Shown here piece after piece: positions 21,093-30,021 of a stretch of DNA of 64,000 bases. The notes under the pieces are model-generated. The model did not search any database and had not been told where the DNA came from. It was given only the letters and a program-made list of their open reading frames with translations. The stretch is taken from assembly GCA_038230375.1 (NCBI GenBank), contig JBBRNJ010000022.1, positions 44,537 through 108,536 of the forward strand. Reading direction: 5' to 3'. Numbering within the stretch: the stretch's first letter is position 1; each line of letters opens with the position of its first letter. Origin of the DNA: Polyangiales bacterium. GTDB lineage: Bacteria > Myxococcota_A > Polyangia > Polyangiales > Polyangiaceae. The translations under genes and the position numbers were made by a program.

Positions 21093-22715
21093 TCAGAAGT
21101 TGGTTTCGACGCCGGGTGTGCGCGCGAGGATCGTGAAGTCCCCCAGCTCGAGCTCCTTCGAGTAGCCGCGCGGAAGCCACCAGTCACTCGAATCCGTGGT
21201 GTCCCGTGCCTGCGTCAGCGTCACCACGAATCTGGGGGGATTGGATGACAGCGCCTTCCGATCCTCCTCCACCCATTCCTGCCGCTTGTACATCCGCGTG
21301 TCGCTGACAATGAACGTGCTCCAGAAGAACCGTCCCGGGTACCTGCGCCTTGCAGCTGCGTAGACCTGCGGCTGGAAGCCCCGGACGGCGATCACATCAG
21401 ACTCGCGCGTGTGCTCACGCAGCCAGATACCGGCCTTTTCGTTGTCACGGGCACCAGCCGCCCAACCGTGCTCGACGAAGTGATCCATGAACTCGTCGCG
21501 CGTCACACTCCCCTTCAGCCACCCGATCGCGGCGAGGTTGATGTCCGAGTATCGTCCTACCTTGTCGCCAGTGAGACCGTACAGACCCAAGAGGACCAGG
21601 GCAGACGCCGCCGCCGCGCGACCGGTTGGCCAGCTGCGCGCACGCAGAACAGCAATGAGGTCGACCGCGAGGTTCACGCACACCACGGTGGCCGCGGGGA
21701 TGAACGCACCCCAGTGACCCAGGAAAAACTTCCACTGCATGACGACCGTCAGATAACCAGCGATGCAAAACGCGACGCCGATCCCATGGCGCCGGAGTCG
21801 CTCCCTCTGCTTCTTCTTTCTGGCCCATGCTGCCACCGCGATCAGTGCGAGGAGGCCAAGCGTCGATAGCGGGTGATAGTGGATGTAGAACAAGCCCGTG
21901 TGGTGAGCGAGCGTGCCGGGCGACATCGAGTCGGACTCATGGCGGATGTAGTCACTGTTGGCCTTGACCACGATGTCGTAGAAATCATGAAGCGCGCCAT
22001 GCAATCCAAAGTACGCAAACGCGATCGCCGGAACCACGGCTGCCGCGCCACCGAATGCCAGCAGCGCCCATAGCGATCGTTTCACGCGCTGGGACTTCTC
22101 TTCGCGCACCCGTAGCAGAAGAAGAAGAACCACCAGGACTTCGAACACCATGGCGGATGGCTTCATCAGGACCGCCGCACCGCACAGGAGGCCCGAGATC
22201 ACCTGCGCGCGTCGCTCACTGGAACCATGCAGGACGACAGCGGCCGACGCGATGGCGGCGGTCGCGAGCCAGATCTCGCCCTCCCCTGTCTCACGAAAAT
22301 CAAAGAAGCCAAAGTACAGGAGGCTACCCGCAAAACACGAGAGTCCCCGAAGGCCCTGCATGGGCGTCTGCCCGCGCGGCGTCGCGACATTGGCAGCCGA
22401 CCATCCAAGCCAGAGAATGCAAAGGAGCTCCAGAATACGAATACCCCAGTAGTGCTCTCCGAATGCCAGCACCGAAATGGCGTGAATGATGTAGATGCCC
22501 GGTGTCTTGTGATCGAAGACATCCCGATAAGGGATGGCCCCGCGCAGCGCCCACTCGCGTCCAACGTAGTAGTAGAGCCCCTGGTCGCGGCCGAATGGGT
22601 ACGTGAGCGTGACCCACCCGAACACGAGCGCCGCGAGCATGAGCGCGGCATCGGTGACGTGAGCTCGCAGCCGCTGGACGACACCAGGTCGTTCCTGATG
22701 GCTCGCGCCGCTCAT
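21093..22715 (-). CDS. GT-C superfamily (GT39/PMT-like) membrane glycosyltransferase
   Basis: GRDQGLYYYVG...PYRDVFDHKTPG; many TM helices; soluble C-terminal domain. Confidence 0.75.
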   Translation of the reverse strand: MSGASHQERPGVVQRLRAHVTDAALMLAALVFGWVTLTYPFGRDQGLYYYVGREWALRGAIPYRDVFDHKTPGIYIIHAISVLAFGEHYWGIRILELLCILWLGWSAANVATPRGQTPMQGLRGLSCFAGSLLYFGFFDFRETGEGEIWLATAAIASAAVVLHGSSERRAQVISGLLCGAAVLMKPSAMVFEVLVVLLLLLRVREEKSQRVKRSLWALLAFGGAAAVVPAIAFAYFGLHGALHDFYDIVVKANSDYIRHESDSMSPGTLAHHTGLFYIHYHPLSTLGLLALIAVAAWARKKKQRERLRRHGIGVAFCIAGYLTVVMQWKFFLGHWGAFIPAATVVCVNLAVDLIAVLRARSWPTGRAAAASALVLLGLYGLTGDKVGRYSDINLAAIGWLKGSVTRDEFMDHFVEHGWAAGARDNEKAGIWLREHTRESDVIAVRGFQPQVYAAARRRYPGRFFWSTFIVSDTRMYKRQEWVEEDRKALSSNPPRFVVTLTQARDTTDSSDWWLPRGYSKELELGDFTILARTPGVETNF

Positions 22716-22925
22716 CGCGGACGCTCTACGATCGTGAGACCCCAGAGGACGCTGACCGTCCGATGGTAGGAGGAGCTGACCATGGCTCTGATCCCGCTGT
22801 ACCTACCACACAGCGTCGAGGTCGATTGGATCTCCGGCAGCTGATGCCTCCGCAGGCCGTGCCGCCATCGACAGCCGGGATCCCTCCGGCTAGACTCGGC
22901 AGTTCCGACGGAGGGACAGAATGAG

Positions 22926-23524
22926 TTGAAACGCTGGTTTTCAGCAATGACGAAGCGCTTCCTTGGTGTCACGACTGTGCTCGTCATGACGGGGTGTGGC
23001 GCCGGGACGAAGGGGAGCGACCCGGCGAAGTATTCACCCGAGTTCGCGGTTCCCGCGGCGATCCGGATACCCGTCCAGCGATTTCAGTATTCCAATGGGC
23101 TGACGCTGCTCGTCAATGAGGACCACAGCAGCCCTCTCGTGGCGGTATCCATGCTGTATCGCGTGGGCTCGGCGCGTGAGGAGCGCGGGCAGTATGGCCT
23201 TGCCCATTTCGTGGAGCACCTGCTGTACGACGAGACGATGCCCAAGGGCGCGCTCGAGCTCGCGCTCTGGATGGAGAGCGAACGCATATATCGGGCTCGG
23301 CGGAGGCGCTGTCTGGCTGGGCGCTCACACCAAACGAACCGCTCGACCACTTTCTGGAGCGGCAGTTCGCGCTCAAAGTGCCAACCACCGAAGACCTCTT
23401 GCGAGTGGCAAAGACGCATCTCAATTCGGACGCGCTCCACGTCGTCTTCGTCGGCGACGCGAAGGTACTCACACCTGCGCTTGCGAGCGCGGGCCTTGGC
23501 TCCGTCGAAGTGGTCCCCTACTGA
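22926..23524 (+). pseudogene. M16 (insulinase-like) zinc peptidase remnant with internal deletions and a frameshift
   Basis: SNGLTLLV..DHSSPLVAV..YRVGS..E..GLAHFVEHL abuts ETMPKGALELALWMESERI. Another frame then gives the family C-terminus (TTEDLLRVAKTHLNSDALHVVFVGDAKVL...Y*), stop at 23524. Confidence 0.8.
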
Positions 23525-23724
23525 CGCGGGGCGGTCCACTTCAACCACGTAGAGGGGCCGTGGGCGCGCCCCGCAAGGACATCATCCAGCGCGACGGCGG
23601 ATCACTTCGGCCCAGGCAGCTGCCGCACACGACTCGTCGCCAAGGCTGACAAGAGGCGCCTCGGCACCCTGCCGCGCACCCGCGTCTCATCTTGCGTTTT
23701 GCCGCGGTTTTCCTTGGGCTGGAG

Positions 23725-23752
23725 TTGACGGACGCTGGATCCTGAGTAGGGT
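23725..23752 (+). promoter_or_regulatory. Sigma70-type promoter for a probable leaderless transcript
   Basis: TTGACG-16 nt-TAGGGT, 7 nt before GTG 23760; no SD. Confidence 0.55.
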
Positions 23753-23759
23753 CCCTTCC

Positions 23760-24833
23760 GTGAAGCACCTGTTGAGGGACGTTCGTGGTGTGGGGGTCTG
23801 GTTGGCGCTTCTCTTGGCGTCGTCTGGCGCTTGCGCCCTCGCGATGTCCGGGTGTGCGTCCAGCGAGGCTGACACCGGCGGGACCAACGGCGACGACGGC
23901 GGCTCGTCCGGCAACGCGGACGGCGCGGGTCCCGGCACGGACTCCGACTCCGGGTCCACGGGCGGTGGCGCGGACGCAAACGCGGATGGCGCGAAGGGCT
24001 CGGGGGACGCGGGCGCACTGCCCGACGGCGCGACCTGGAAGAACTCGCTACGCGTTTGCTGGAACGATCCGAACTGCACGCGCGCGCTCACCATCGGACA
24101 CGGCGGCGACTGGGCGCCCGCTGGCCCCGGGTACGACTCCAACGCCGCGCTCGCGGCTGCGATTGCGAGCGATGCGGACGGCGTGAAGATCGACGTGCGC
24201 TACACGATGGACAACATCGGCGTCATCTCGCACTCCAGCCCGATCCAGCTCTACGAGTCGATCGACTGCAACGGAAAGAAGATCGAGGACATAACGGCCG
24301 CGCAGGTGACCGGCTGTCACCGCGTGCCCAACAACGAGAACTTCCAGAAGCTCGACGACGTGCTCGACACGCTGCGCGGAAAGCTTGCCATCCAGCTCTG
24401 CGTGAAGCTGAACACGGACTTTGGCAAGACCATCCAGAACGTGCTCGCGAAGAATGCACAGGACTTCGCCTTCATCGAGGCGAACTCCGGCGACTTCCCC
24501 GCCATCACCGCGCTCCCCAACTACGCGCAGCTCTATTACGTGGTGAACGTGGGCAGCACCATCGCGGACATCGACACGGTGATCGGCTTCAAGAACTCAC
24601 GCATCATCATGCTGGAGCTCGATCCCACCGTCGCGCTCAACGGAATGGCGGCGACCAAGATCCACCCGGCGGGCATGCACACGTTCACGTACGACAACTC
24701 GGACACAGCCACGCAGTCACAGCTGAAGGCCCACTTCGATGACGGCTACGACGTGGTCTCCTCGAACGTGACAAAGCCAAACGTGGCCGCGCGAATCCAG
24801 GTCAACCAGGCCCGCAGCGTCACGCCGCCCTGA
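23760..24833 (+). CDS. Lipoprotein with GDPD-like TIM-barrel domain (atypical active site)
   Basis: Lipobox MSGC, Gly/Asp linker; IGHGG...DSNAALAAAI..DADGVKIDVRYTMD..VISH pattern of glycerophosphodiester phosphodiesterases. Confidence 0.65.
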   Translation: MKHLLRDVRGVGVWLALLLASSGACALAMSGCASSEADTGGTNGDDGGSSGNADGAGPGTDSDSGSTGGGADANADGAKGSGDAGALPDGATWKNSLRVCWNDPNCTRALTIGHGGDWAPAGPGYDSNAALAAAIASDADGVKIDVRYTMDNIGVISHSSPIQLYESIDCNGKKIEDITAAQVTGCHRVPNNENFQKLDDVLDTLRGKLAIQLCVKLNTDFGKTIQNVLAKNAQDFAFIEANSGDFPAITALPNYAQLYYVVNVGSTIADIDTVIGFKNSRIIMLELDPTVALNGMAATKIHPAGMHTFTYDNSDTATQSQLKAHFDDGYDVVSSNVTKPNVAARIQVNQARSVTPP

Positions 24834-24847
24834 TCGGTCCGATCCTG

Positions 24848-26257
24848 TCAGGCGATCACGTGAACGCGGATGCTGTTGGTGCTCCCGGACACACCGATCG
24901 GCGCGCCGAAGACGAGCACCACGCGTTCGCCGGGCGACGCCAGGCCCATGCCCATCAGGTCCGCGGTGCAGTAGTCCACCATGGCCTCGATGTCGCTGGT
25001 CTGCGGGAGCTCGCGCGGGACCACGCCCCAGTAGAGCGCCATCTTCCGTAGCGTGGCCTTGTTCGGTGAGAACGCGATGATCGGCACCTGTGGACGCGCG
25101 AGGCTCACGTTCATGGCGCTGCCGCCGTTCTCCGTGAAGGCGACCAGGAACTTCGCGCCGATCTCCTTGGCCGTGTTCACGGCGCCGCGCGCGACCGCCT
25201 CTGGAACGCTGCTGGCGCGGCTGACGTTCGGCGGCGGCTCGTAGAACGAAGACGCCTCCGACTCCATCGCGATGCGGCTCATCATGGCTGCGGCGAGCTG
25301 CGGATGGTCGCCCGTGGCCGTCTCCCCGGAGAGCATGACCGCGTCGGTGCCCCAGAAGACCGCGTTTGCCACGTCGCTTGCCTCTGCACGCGTGGGGCGC
25401 GTGGACTTCGTCATGGACTGGAGCATCTCGGTGGCAACGATGACGGGCCGGCGCACGCGGCGCGCAACACCCAGGATCTGCCGCTGGATGACGGGCACGC
25501 GCTCGGGTGGGAACTCCACGCCAAGGTCTCCGCGCGCGACCATCACGCCGTCCGATGCGGCGACGACGCTCTCCAGGTTCTCGAGCGCGTCCGGCGTCTC
25601 GATCTTCGCGATGACGGGCGTGGGCTTGCCCCACTCCTGGCAGATCTCGCGCACGAGCTTCAGGTCGTCGGCGCGGCGCACGAATGACAGCGCGACGTAG
25701 TCCATGCCGCAGGAGAGACCGAAGATGAGGTCCTCCTTGTCCTTCTCCGTGAGCGCGGAGATGCGCATGGTCTTGCTGGGCAAGTGAACGCCAACGTGGT
25801 TGCGCATGCCGCCGCCCTGATGGACGTGCGCGCGGACCTTGTCGCCGTCGATGCCGGTGACCTCGAGCACGAGGCGCCCGTCGTCGAAGAGGATCTTGTC
25901 GTGCATGCGCACGTCGCCGGCGAGGCCTTCGTACTGGATGGTGATCACGCGCTCGTCATTCGAGTGCTCGCCTTCCATCAGCGTGACGTCTATGCCGGAC
26001 GGAAGATCGAAGTTCTTGGGGAACGTTCCAGTGCGGATCTTCGGACCGCAGAGATCTTGCAGCGCGGCGACGTGCTTCTTCTTGTCGTCGCTTGCTTCGC
26101 GCAGGCGCTGGAGCCGCGCTTTGTGCTCCTCGTGGGTGCCGTGCGAGAAGTTGAGGCGCGCCACGTCCATTCCGGCGTCGATCAGGGCGCGCAGTCCCTC
26201 TGCGGAGTCACACGCAGGTCCGAGAGTGCACACGAGCTTCGCGCGACGGATCGCCAT
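24848..26257 (-). CDS. pyk: Pyruvate kinase
   Basis: KLVCTLGPA, ARLNFSHG, DLCGPKIR, IAKIE, MVARGDLGVE, PTRAEASDVANA, MLSGETA. Confidence 0.97.
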   Translation of the reverse strand: MAIRRAKLVCTLGPACDSAEGLRALIDAGMDVARLNFSHGTHEEHKARLQRLREASDDKKKHVAALQDLCGPKIRTGTFPKNFDLPSGIDVTLMEGEHSNDERVITIQYEGLAGDVRMHDKILFDDGRLVLEVTGIDGDKVRAHVHQGGGMRNHVGVHLPSKTMRISALTEKDKEDLIFGLSCGMDYVALSFVRRADDLKLVREICQEWGKPTPVIAKIETPDALENLESVVAASDGVMVARGDLGVEFPPERVPVIQRQILGVARRVRRPVIVATEMLQSMTKSTRPTRAEASDVANAVFWGTDAVMLSGETATGDHPQLAAAMMSRIAMESEASSFYEPPPNVSRASSVPEAVARGAVNTAKEIGAKFLVAFTENGGSAMNVSLARPQVPIIAFSPNKATLRKMALYWGVVPRELPQTSDIEAMVDYCTADLMGMGLASPGERVVLVFGAPIGVSGSTNSIRVHVIA

Positions 26258-26307
26258 GGCGCGCGATTATGCACCTTCTGCGCGCGCCGGGGCTCTCTTT
26301 TTCGGGA

Positions 26308-27357
26308 CTAGAAAGAACCCGAGAGCGTCGCGCCGGTGAAGGTCGGTGAAGAAACGGGGGACACCGACGTGAGCGTGTCGAACGTGAGACGCGCCACACT
26401 CGGCGGCTTCGGCATGCTGGTCCGCGGGCTGGTCGGGGGGCTGGTCGCGGGGCTAGTCATGGAGGCGGACGCGATGGGGCCGGTAGGCTCCACGAAGTGC
26501 CACACGAGCCCGCCCGCCATGACGACGAGGCCGACGACGCCGATCACGAGCCCCGTGTTCGCGCGTGACGTCGCGACCTCGGCAGCCTGCTGCACGCCGC
26601 CTGAAGAACCCGTTGCGCACGAGCGCGAGTCGAAGTTGCATTGTGCAGGCACGTCGCCTCGATTGACGAAGTACATGATGCCGCCGCTGACGGCCGTGAC
26701 TCCACCGACGCCGACGAGGATCCACGGATAGATGGTGTGCTCGCGCGTGGTGGGCGTCACCGGTCCCGTGTCGCCGCTTCCCGAGCCCGAGCCCGCGCCC
26801 GAGCCGGAGCCAGAGCCAGAGCCCGAGCCGTTCCCCGTGCCGCCGCTGCTTCCCTTCCACTGGAAGCTGATGGCGCGCGCCTTCTCGCCCTCGCGGATGA
26901 GCACCTTCTGCTCCATGGGCTGCGCGCCGTCGCGCTCCAGGCGCACCGTGTGCTCGCCCGTGGGTACGGCCATGCTCTTGCCGTCCAGGCGCGATTGCAC
27001 CTGATGGCCATCGACGAACACGCGGACGTCCACGATGTCTCCGCCGCTCTCGTCCTTGGCGCCCACCACGATGGAGGGCATGAGTGCGGCGACCTCGTTC
27101 AGCCACATGTTGCAGTCCGCGCGCACCACGCTGGGGCAGCTCTCGCGCGAACAGATGAGGAGCTCGTGCTGCGCCTCGCCGAGCTTGCCGTCCAGCCGGA
27201 AGCGCTGGGCCTTCTCCGACGAAGCAACGCACGCTTGCTTGCTGTCGCCGCTACTACCGCCTGCTCCGGGCGCGGTTCGCTGCGCCGCTGCGTCGCGAGC
27301 GGATAGCCCGAGGGCGAGGAGAACTCCAAAGGTGGATACAACGCAGAGCCGCCGCAC
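26308..27357 (-). CDS. Secreted PEGA-like domain protein with C-terminal membrane hairpin
   Basis: Signal peptide; C...CP..VRADC..W helical unit; VFVDG...GEHTVR; GS linker; two C-terminal hydrophobic segments. Confidence 0.7.
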   Translation of the reverse strand: MRRLCVVSTFGVLLALGLSARDAAAQRTAPGAGGSSGDSKQACVASSEKAQRFRLDGKLGEAQHELLICSRESCPSVVRADCNMWLNEVAALMPSIVVGAKDESGGDIVDVRVFVDGHQVQSRLDGKSMAVPTGEHTVRLERDGAQPMEQKVLIREGEKARAISFQWKGSSGGTGNGSGSGSGSGSGAGSGSGSGDTGPVTPTTREHTIYPWILVGVGGVTAVSGGIMYFVNRGDVPAQCNFDSRSCATGSSGGVQQAAEVATSRANTGLVIGVVGLVVMAGGLVWHFVEPTGPIASASMTSPATSPPTSPRTSMPKPPSVARLTFDTLTSVSPVSSPTFTGATLSGSF

Positions 27358-27450
27358 ACTGGGAGAATACCCGAACCCAGGAAAGTTCTCGCGCATGATC
27401 GTCGTGCGGAGCCGAAGATGGGGGCGTTTCGTGCTACTTCCATGCCCACG

Positions 27451-28731
27451 ATGTCCCTTGCCAGAGACCCCCAAGGCCGGCTCGCGACAGGAGCACCCGC
27501 CGCCCCCATCCTGCTCGCAGACGCGGTGAGGAGCGTGGGGACCCCCGCCTATGTCTACGACCTGGATGCCATCCGGGACGGCGTGCGCGCTCTCAAGGCG
27601 GCGTTCGGCAAGGAGCGTCACCACATCGCGTATGCGGTGAAGGCAAACAGCGCCGCCGAGATCGTCCGGACGATCGCGCGCGAGGGCGCTGGCGCGGACG
27701 TGGTGTCGGGCGCGGAGCTCGGGCTGTCACTCGCGTGCGGCATCGCGGCAGAGCGCATCGTCTACAGCGGCGTGGCGAAGCGCGACGACGAGCTCGATCG
27801 CGCGATTTCTTCCGGTACGGACGGCATCGGCGCGATCCAGGTGGAGAGCGTGGAGGAGATCGCGCGCATCGAGGCGCGTGCCGCGTTCATGGGGTGGAAG
27901 GCGCGCGTGTCGCTCCGCATCAACCCCGGGGTGGAGTTCGAGGATCTCTCCACCCACGCACACATCGCAACGGGCCACGACGAGGCGAAGTTCGGCGTGC
28001 CCATCAGCGACGTGTCGCGGGCGCTCGCGGCGCTGTCTCGTGCGCCGCACCTGGTGCTCGTCGGGCTCACGGCACATGGCGGCTCGCAGTTCACGACGAC
28101 TGCACCCTATGTCGCCTCCGCGAAGGCGCTGTTTGCGCTGGCGCGCGAGGTGCTGAAGACGCACAAGCTGGATTACGTGGACGCCGGCGGCGGATTCGGG
28201 ATCGACTACGGGGAGGGCTGTGAGGCCACACCAGCGGATTTCGTTCGTGCCGCCCTCGAGGAGAAGAAGGCGCACGGGTTGGATTCCCTCGCGCTCTACG
28301 TGGAGCCGGGGCGGGCGCTCGTCGGCGCACACGGTGTGCTCGTGGGCCGCGTCGTCCAGCAGAAGGTCGTCTCCGATCGCCGCTGGGTCATGCTGGACAC
28401 GGGCATGAACGATCTGATGCGGCCCGCGCTCTACGGCGCGAAGCACCGGATCGAGCTCGCCGACCGCGCGCACCAGGGCGATCGCGCATGGCGCGTGGTG
28501 GGCCCCGTATGCGAGAGCTCCGACGACTTTGGCGAGCACGCTCTCGGCGAGCAACCCGAAGGCCTGGTCGCCATCCGCGACGCGGGCGCCTATGGCTACT
28601 CGATGGCGAGCCGCTACAACGGCCGCGCACTCCCAGCGGAGGTCTTCGTCTCCGAGGGCAAGGTCATCGCCGCACGCGCACGCGACGACGACGAGGCATG
28701 GATCAAGGACCGCCTGGCAGCCGGCCGGTAG
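27451..28731 (+). CDS. lysA: Diaminopimelate decarboxylase
   Basis: TPAYVYD, YAVKAN (PLP Lys), DVVSGAEL, KFG, GGGFGIDY, EPGR, GPVCESSD, GAYG..MASRYN. Start 27442-27451. Confidence 0.95.
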   Translation: MSLARDPQGRLATGAPAAPILLADAVRSVGTPAYVYDLDAIRDGVRALKAAFGKERHHIAYAVKANSAAEIVRTIAREGAGADVVSGAELGLSLACGIAAERIVYSGVAKRDDELDRAISSGTDGIGAIQVESVEEIARIEARAAFMGWKARVSLRINPGVEFEDLSTHAHIATGHDEAKFGVPISDVSRALAALSRAPHLVLVGLTAHGGSQFTTTAPYVASAKALFALAREVLKTHKLDYVDAGGGFGIDYGEGCEATPADFVRAALEEKKAHGLDSLALYVEPGRALVGAHGVLVGRVVQQKVVSDRRWVMLDTGMNDLMRPALYGAKHRIELADRAHQGDRAWRVVGPVCESSDDFGEHALGEQPEGLVAIRDAGAYGYSMASRYNGRALPAEVFVSEGKVIAARARDDDEAWIKDRLAAGR

Positions 28732-28742
28732 GAGAAAATCAA

Positions 28743-29042
28743 GTGGCAGCAAAACACGACGGAAAGCGCGCAGCAGCGAACATGTGGGTCACGCACCAGA
28801 ACCTCGCAAGAGCGAAGGGCGGTCGCCCGCAGTTCAAGCAGCCAGTGAAAAAGGGAAAGAAGACCCCCGCGGCAGAGGCCGAGGCGAAGGCCGAGGTTGA
28901 GGGGAAGGCCGAGGTTGAGGGGAAGGCCGAGGCGGAGGTGAAGCCTGAGGTTGAGGTGAAGGCCGAGGTTGAGGTGAAGGCCGAGGTTGAGGTGAAAGGC
29001 GACGCGAAGCCCACGGCGAAGAGCAAGTCCAAGTCGAAATGA
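28743..29042 (+). CDS. 99-aa basic low-complexity protein with KAEVE(G/V) repeats
   Basis: AGGAG SD 8 nt before GTG 28743; unique basic N-terminus, then 18-bp tandem repeats. Confidence 0.6.
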   Translation: MAAKHDGKRAAANMWVTHQNLARAKGGRPQFKQPVKKGKKTPAAEAEAKAEVEGKAEVEGKAEAEVKPEVEVKAEVEVKAEVEVKGDAKPTAKSKSKSK

Positions 29043-29056
29043 CCCTCAGACCCTGA

Positions 29057-29164
29057 GACTTCGACTTCGACTTCGACCTCGACTTCGACCTCGACCTCGA
29101 CCTCGACCTCGACCTCGACCTCGACCTCGACCTCGACCTCGACCTCGACTTCGACTTCGACCTC
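29057..29164. repeat. (GACYTC)18 hexanucleotide microsatellite between convergent genes
   Basis: 18 units of GACCTC/GACTTC read directly. Confidence 0.97.
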
Positions 29165-29169
29165 GAGCT

Positions 29170-29994
29170 TCAGATGTCCGTCATGATCGTCGTCGTGATG
29201 TAGTCGGCCGCGAAGATCGCCACGATGCTCGCGACAACCGCCTTCGCCGTAGCCTCGCCGACGCCGCGCGCGCCGCCCGAAGCGTGAAAGCCCTTCTTGC
29301 AGCAGATCGTGCTGATGATGATCCCGAAGACGATGCTCTTCGTGATGAGCATCCGGATGTCCTTCCACCCGACGAACACGTGGACCTTGTCCCAGAAGAG
29401 GCCCGGGTCGATTCCCTGCCACGACACCGCCACGATGTAGGCGCCGCCCATGCCCGCAAGGCCGAACGCGAGCGAGAGCAGCGGCATCATGAGCGTGGTC
29501 GCCACGATGCGCGGCACCACCAGGTACTGCACCGGCGATACACCCATCGTGGTGATGGCGTCGATCTGCTCGGTCACGCGCATGTTTCCGAGCTCGCTGG
29601 CCATGGTGCTGCCCGCGCGCGCGGTGACGACGACCGCCGCAAGCACCGGCGCGAGCTCACGCGACAGAGCGAGCGCGACGACACCGCCGACCATTCCCTC
29701 AGCAGAGAAGCGACGGAAGCCGAGGATGGTGCTGACGGTGAACGCCATGCCCGTGAACAGGCCGACAAGGCCAACGATGAACGTGGAGCCCGCGCCGATG
29801 AAATCCAGCGCGACCAGGAACTGCGCCCAGCGGAATGGCGGACGAATGAGCCATCCCGCCGCCCTCGCGGCGAGCAGCGCCGTCGAGCCGAGCTCGTCGA
29901 GCAGCGCGATCGGTGGCGCGAGCACGCGGTCAACGACGCTCATCAAGAACGACGGGCTCGCTTCCTTCTCGTCGCTGGCTTCGCCCTCGGACAT
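29170..29994 (-). CDS. mlaE: MlaE-family ABC permease
   Basis: RELAPVL..VVVTARAGS..ASELGNMRVTEQIDA..MGVSP..YLVVPR, GGARGVG.AT..AVV. Confidence 0.93.
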   Translation of the reverse strand: MSEGEASDEKEASPSFLMSVVDRVLAPPIALLDELGSTALLAARAAGWLIRPPFRWAQFLVALDFIGAGSTFIVGLVGLFTGMAFTVSTILGFRRFSAEGMVGGVVALALSRELAPVLAAVVVTARAGSTMASELGNMRVTEQIDAITTMGVSPVQYLVVPRIVATTLMMPLLSLAFGLAGMGGAYIVAVSWQGIDPGLFWDKVHVFVGWKDIRMLITKSIVFGIIISTICCKKGFHASGGARGVGEATAKAVVASIVAIFAADYITTTIMTDI

Positions 29995-30021
29995 CTTCGG
30001 GTCTAGGACTCTACTACGGGT

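Noticed and set aside
23230..23340. Programmed frameshift rescuing the M16 peptidase
   Set aside because: Most of the protein is missing and no slippery site is evident; decay is the simpler explanation
29057..29164. CRISPR array interpretation of the hexamer repeats
   Set aside because: Uninterrupted 6-bp units, no unique spacers and no cas genes
28739..29422. Minus-strand ORF with a poly-(EV) tract
   Set aside because: Out-of-frame overlap with mlaE, and open only because the microsatellite has no stop codons
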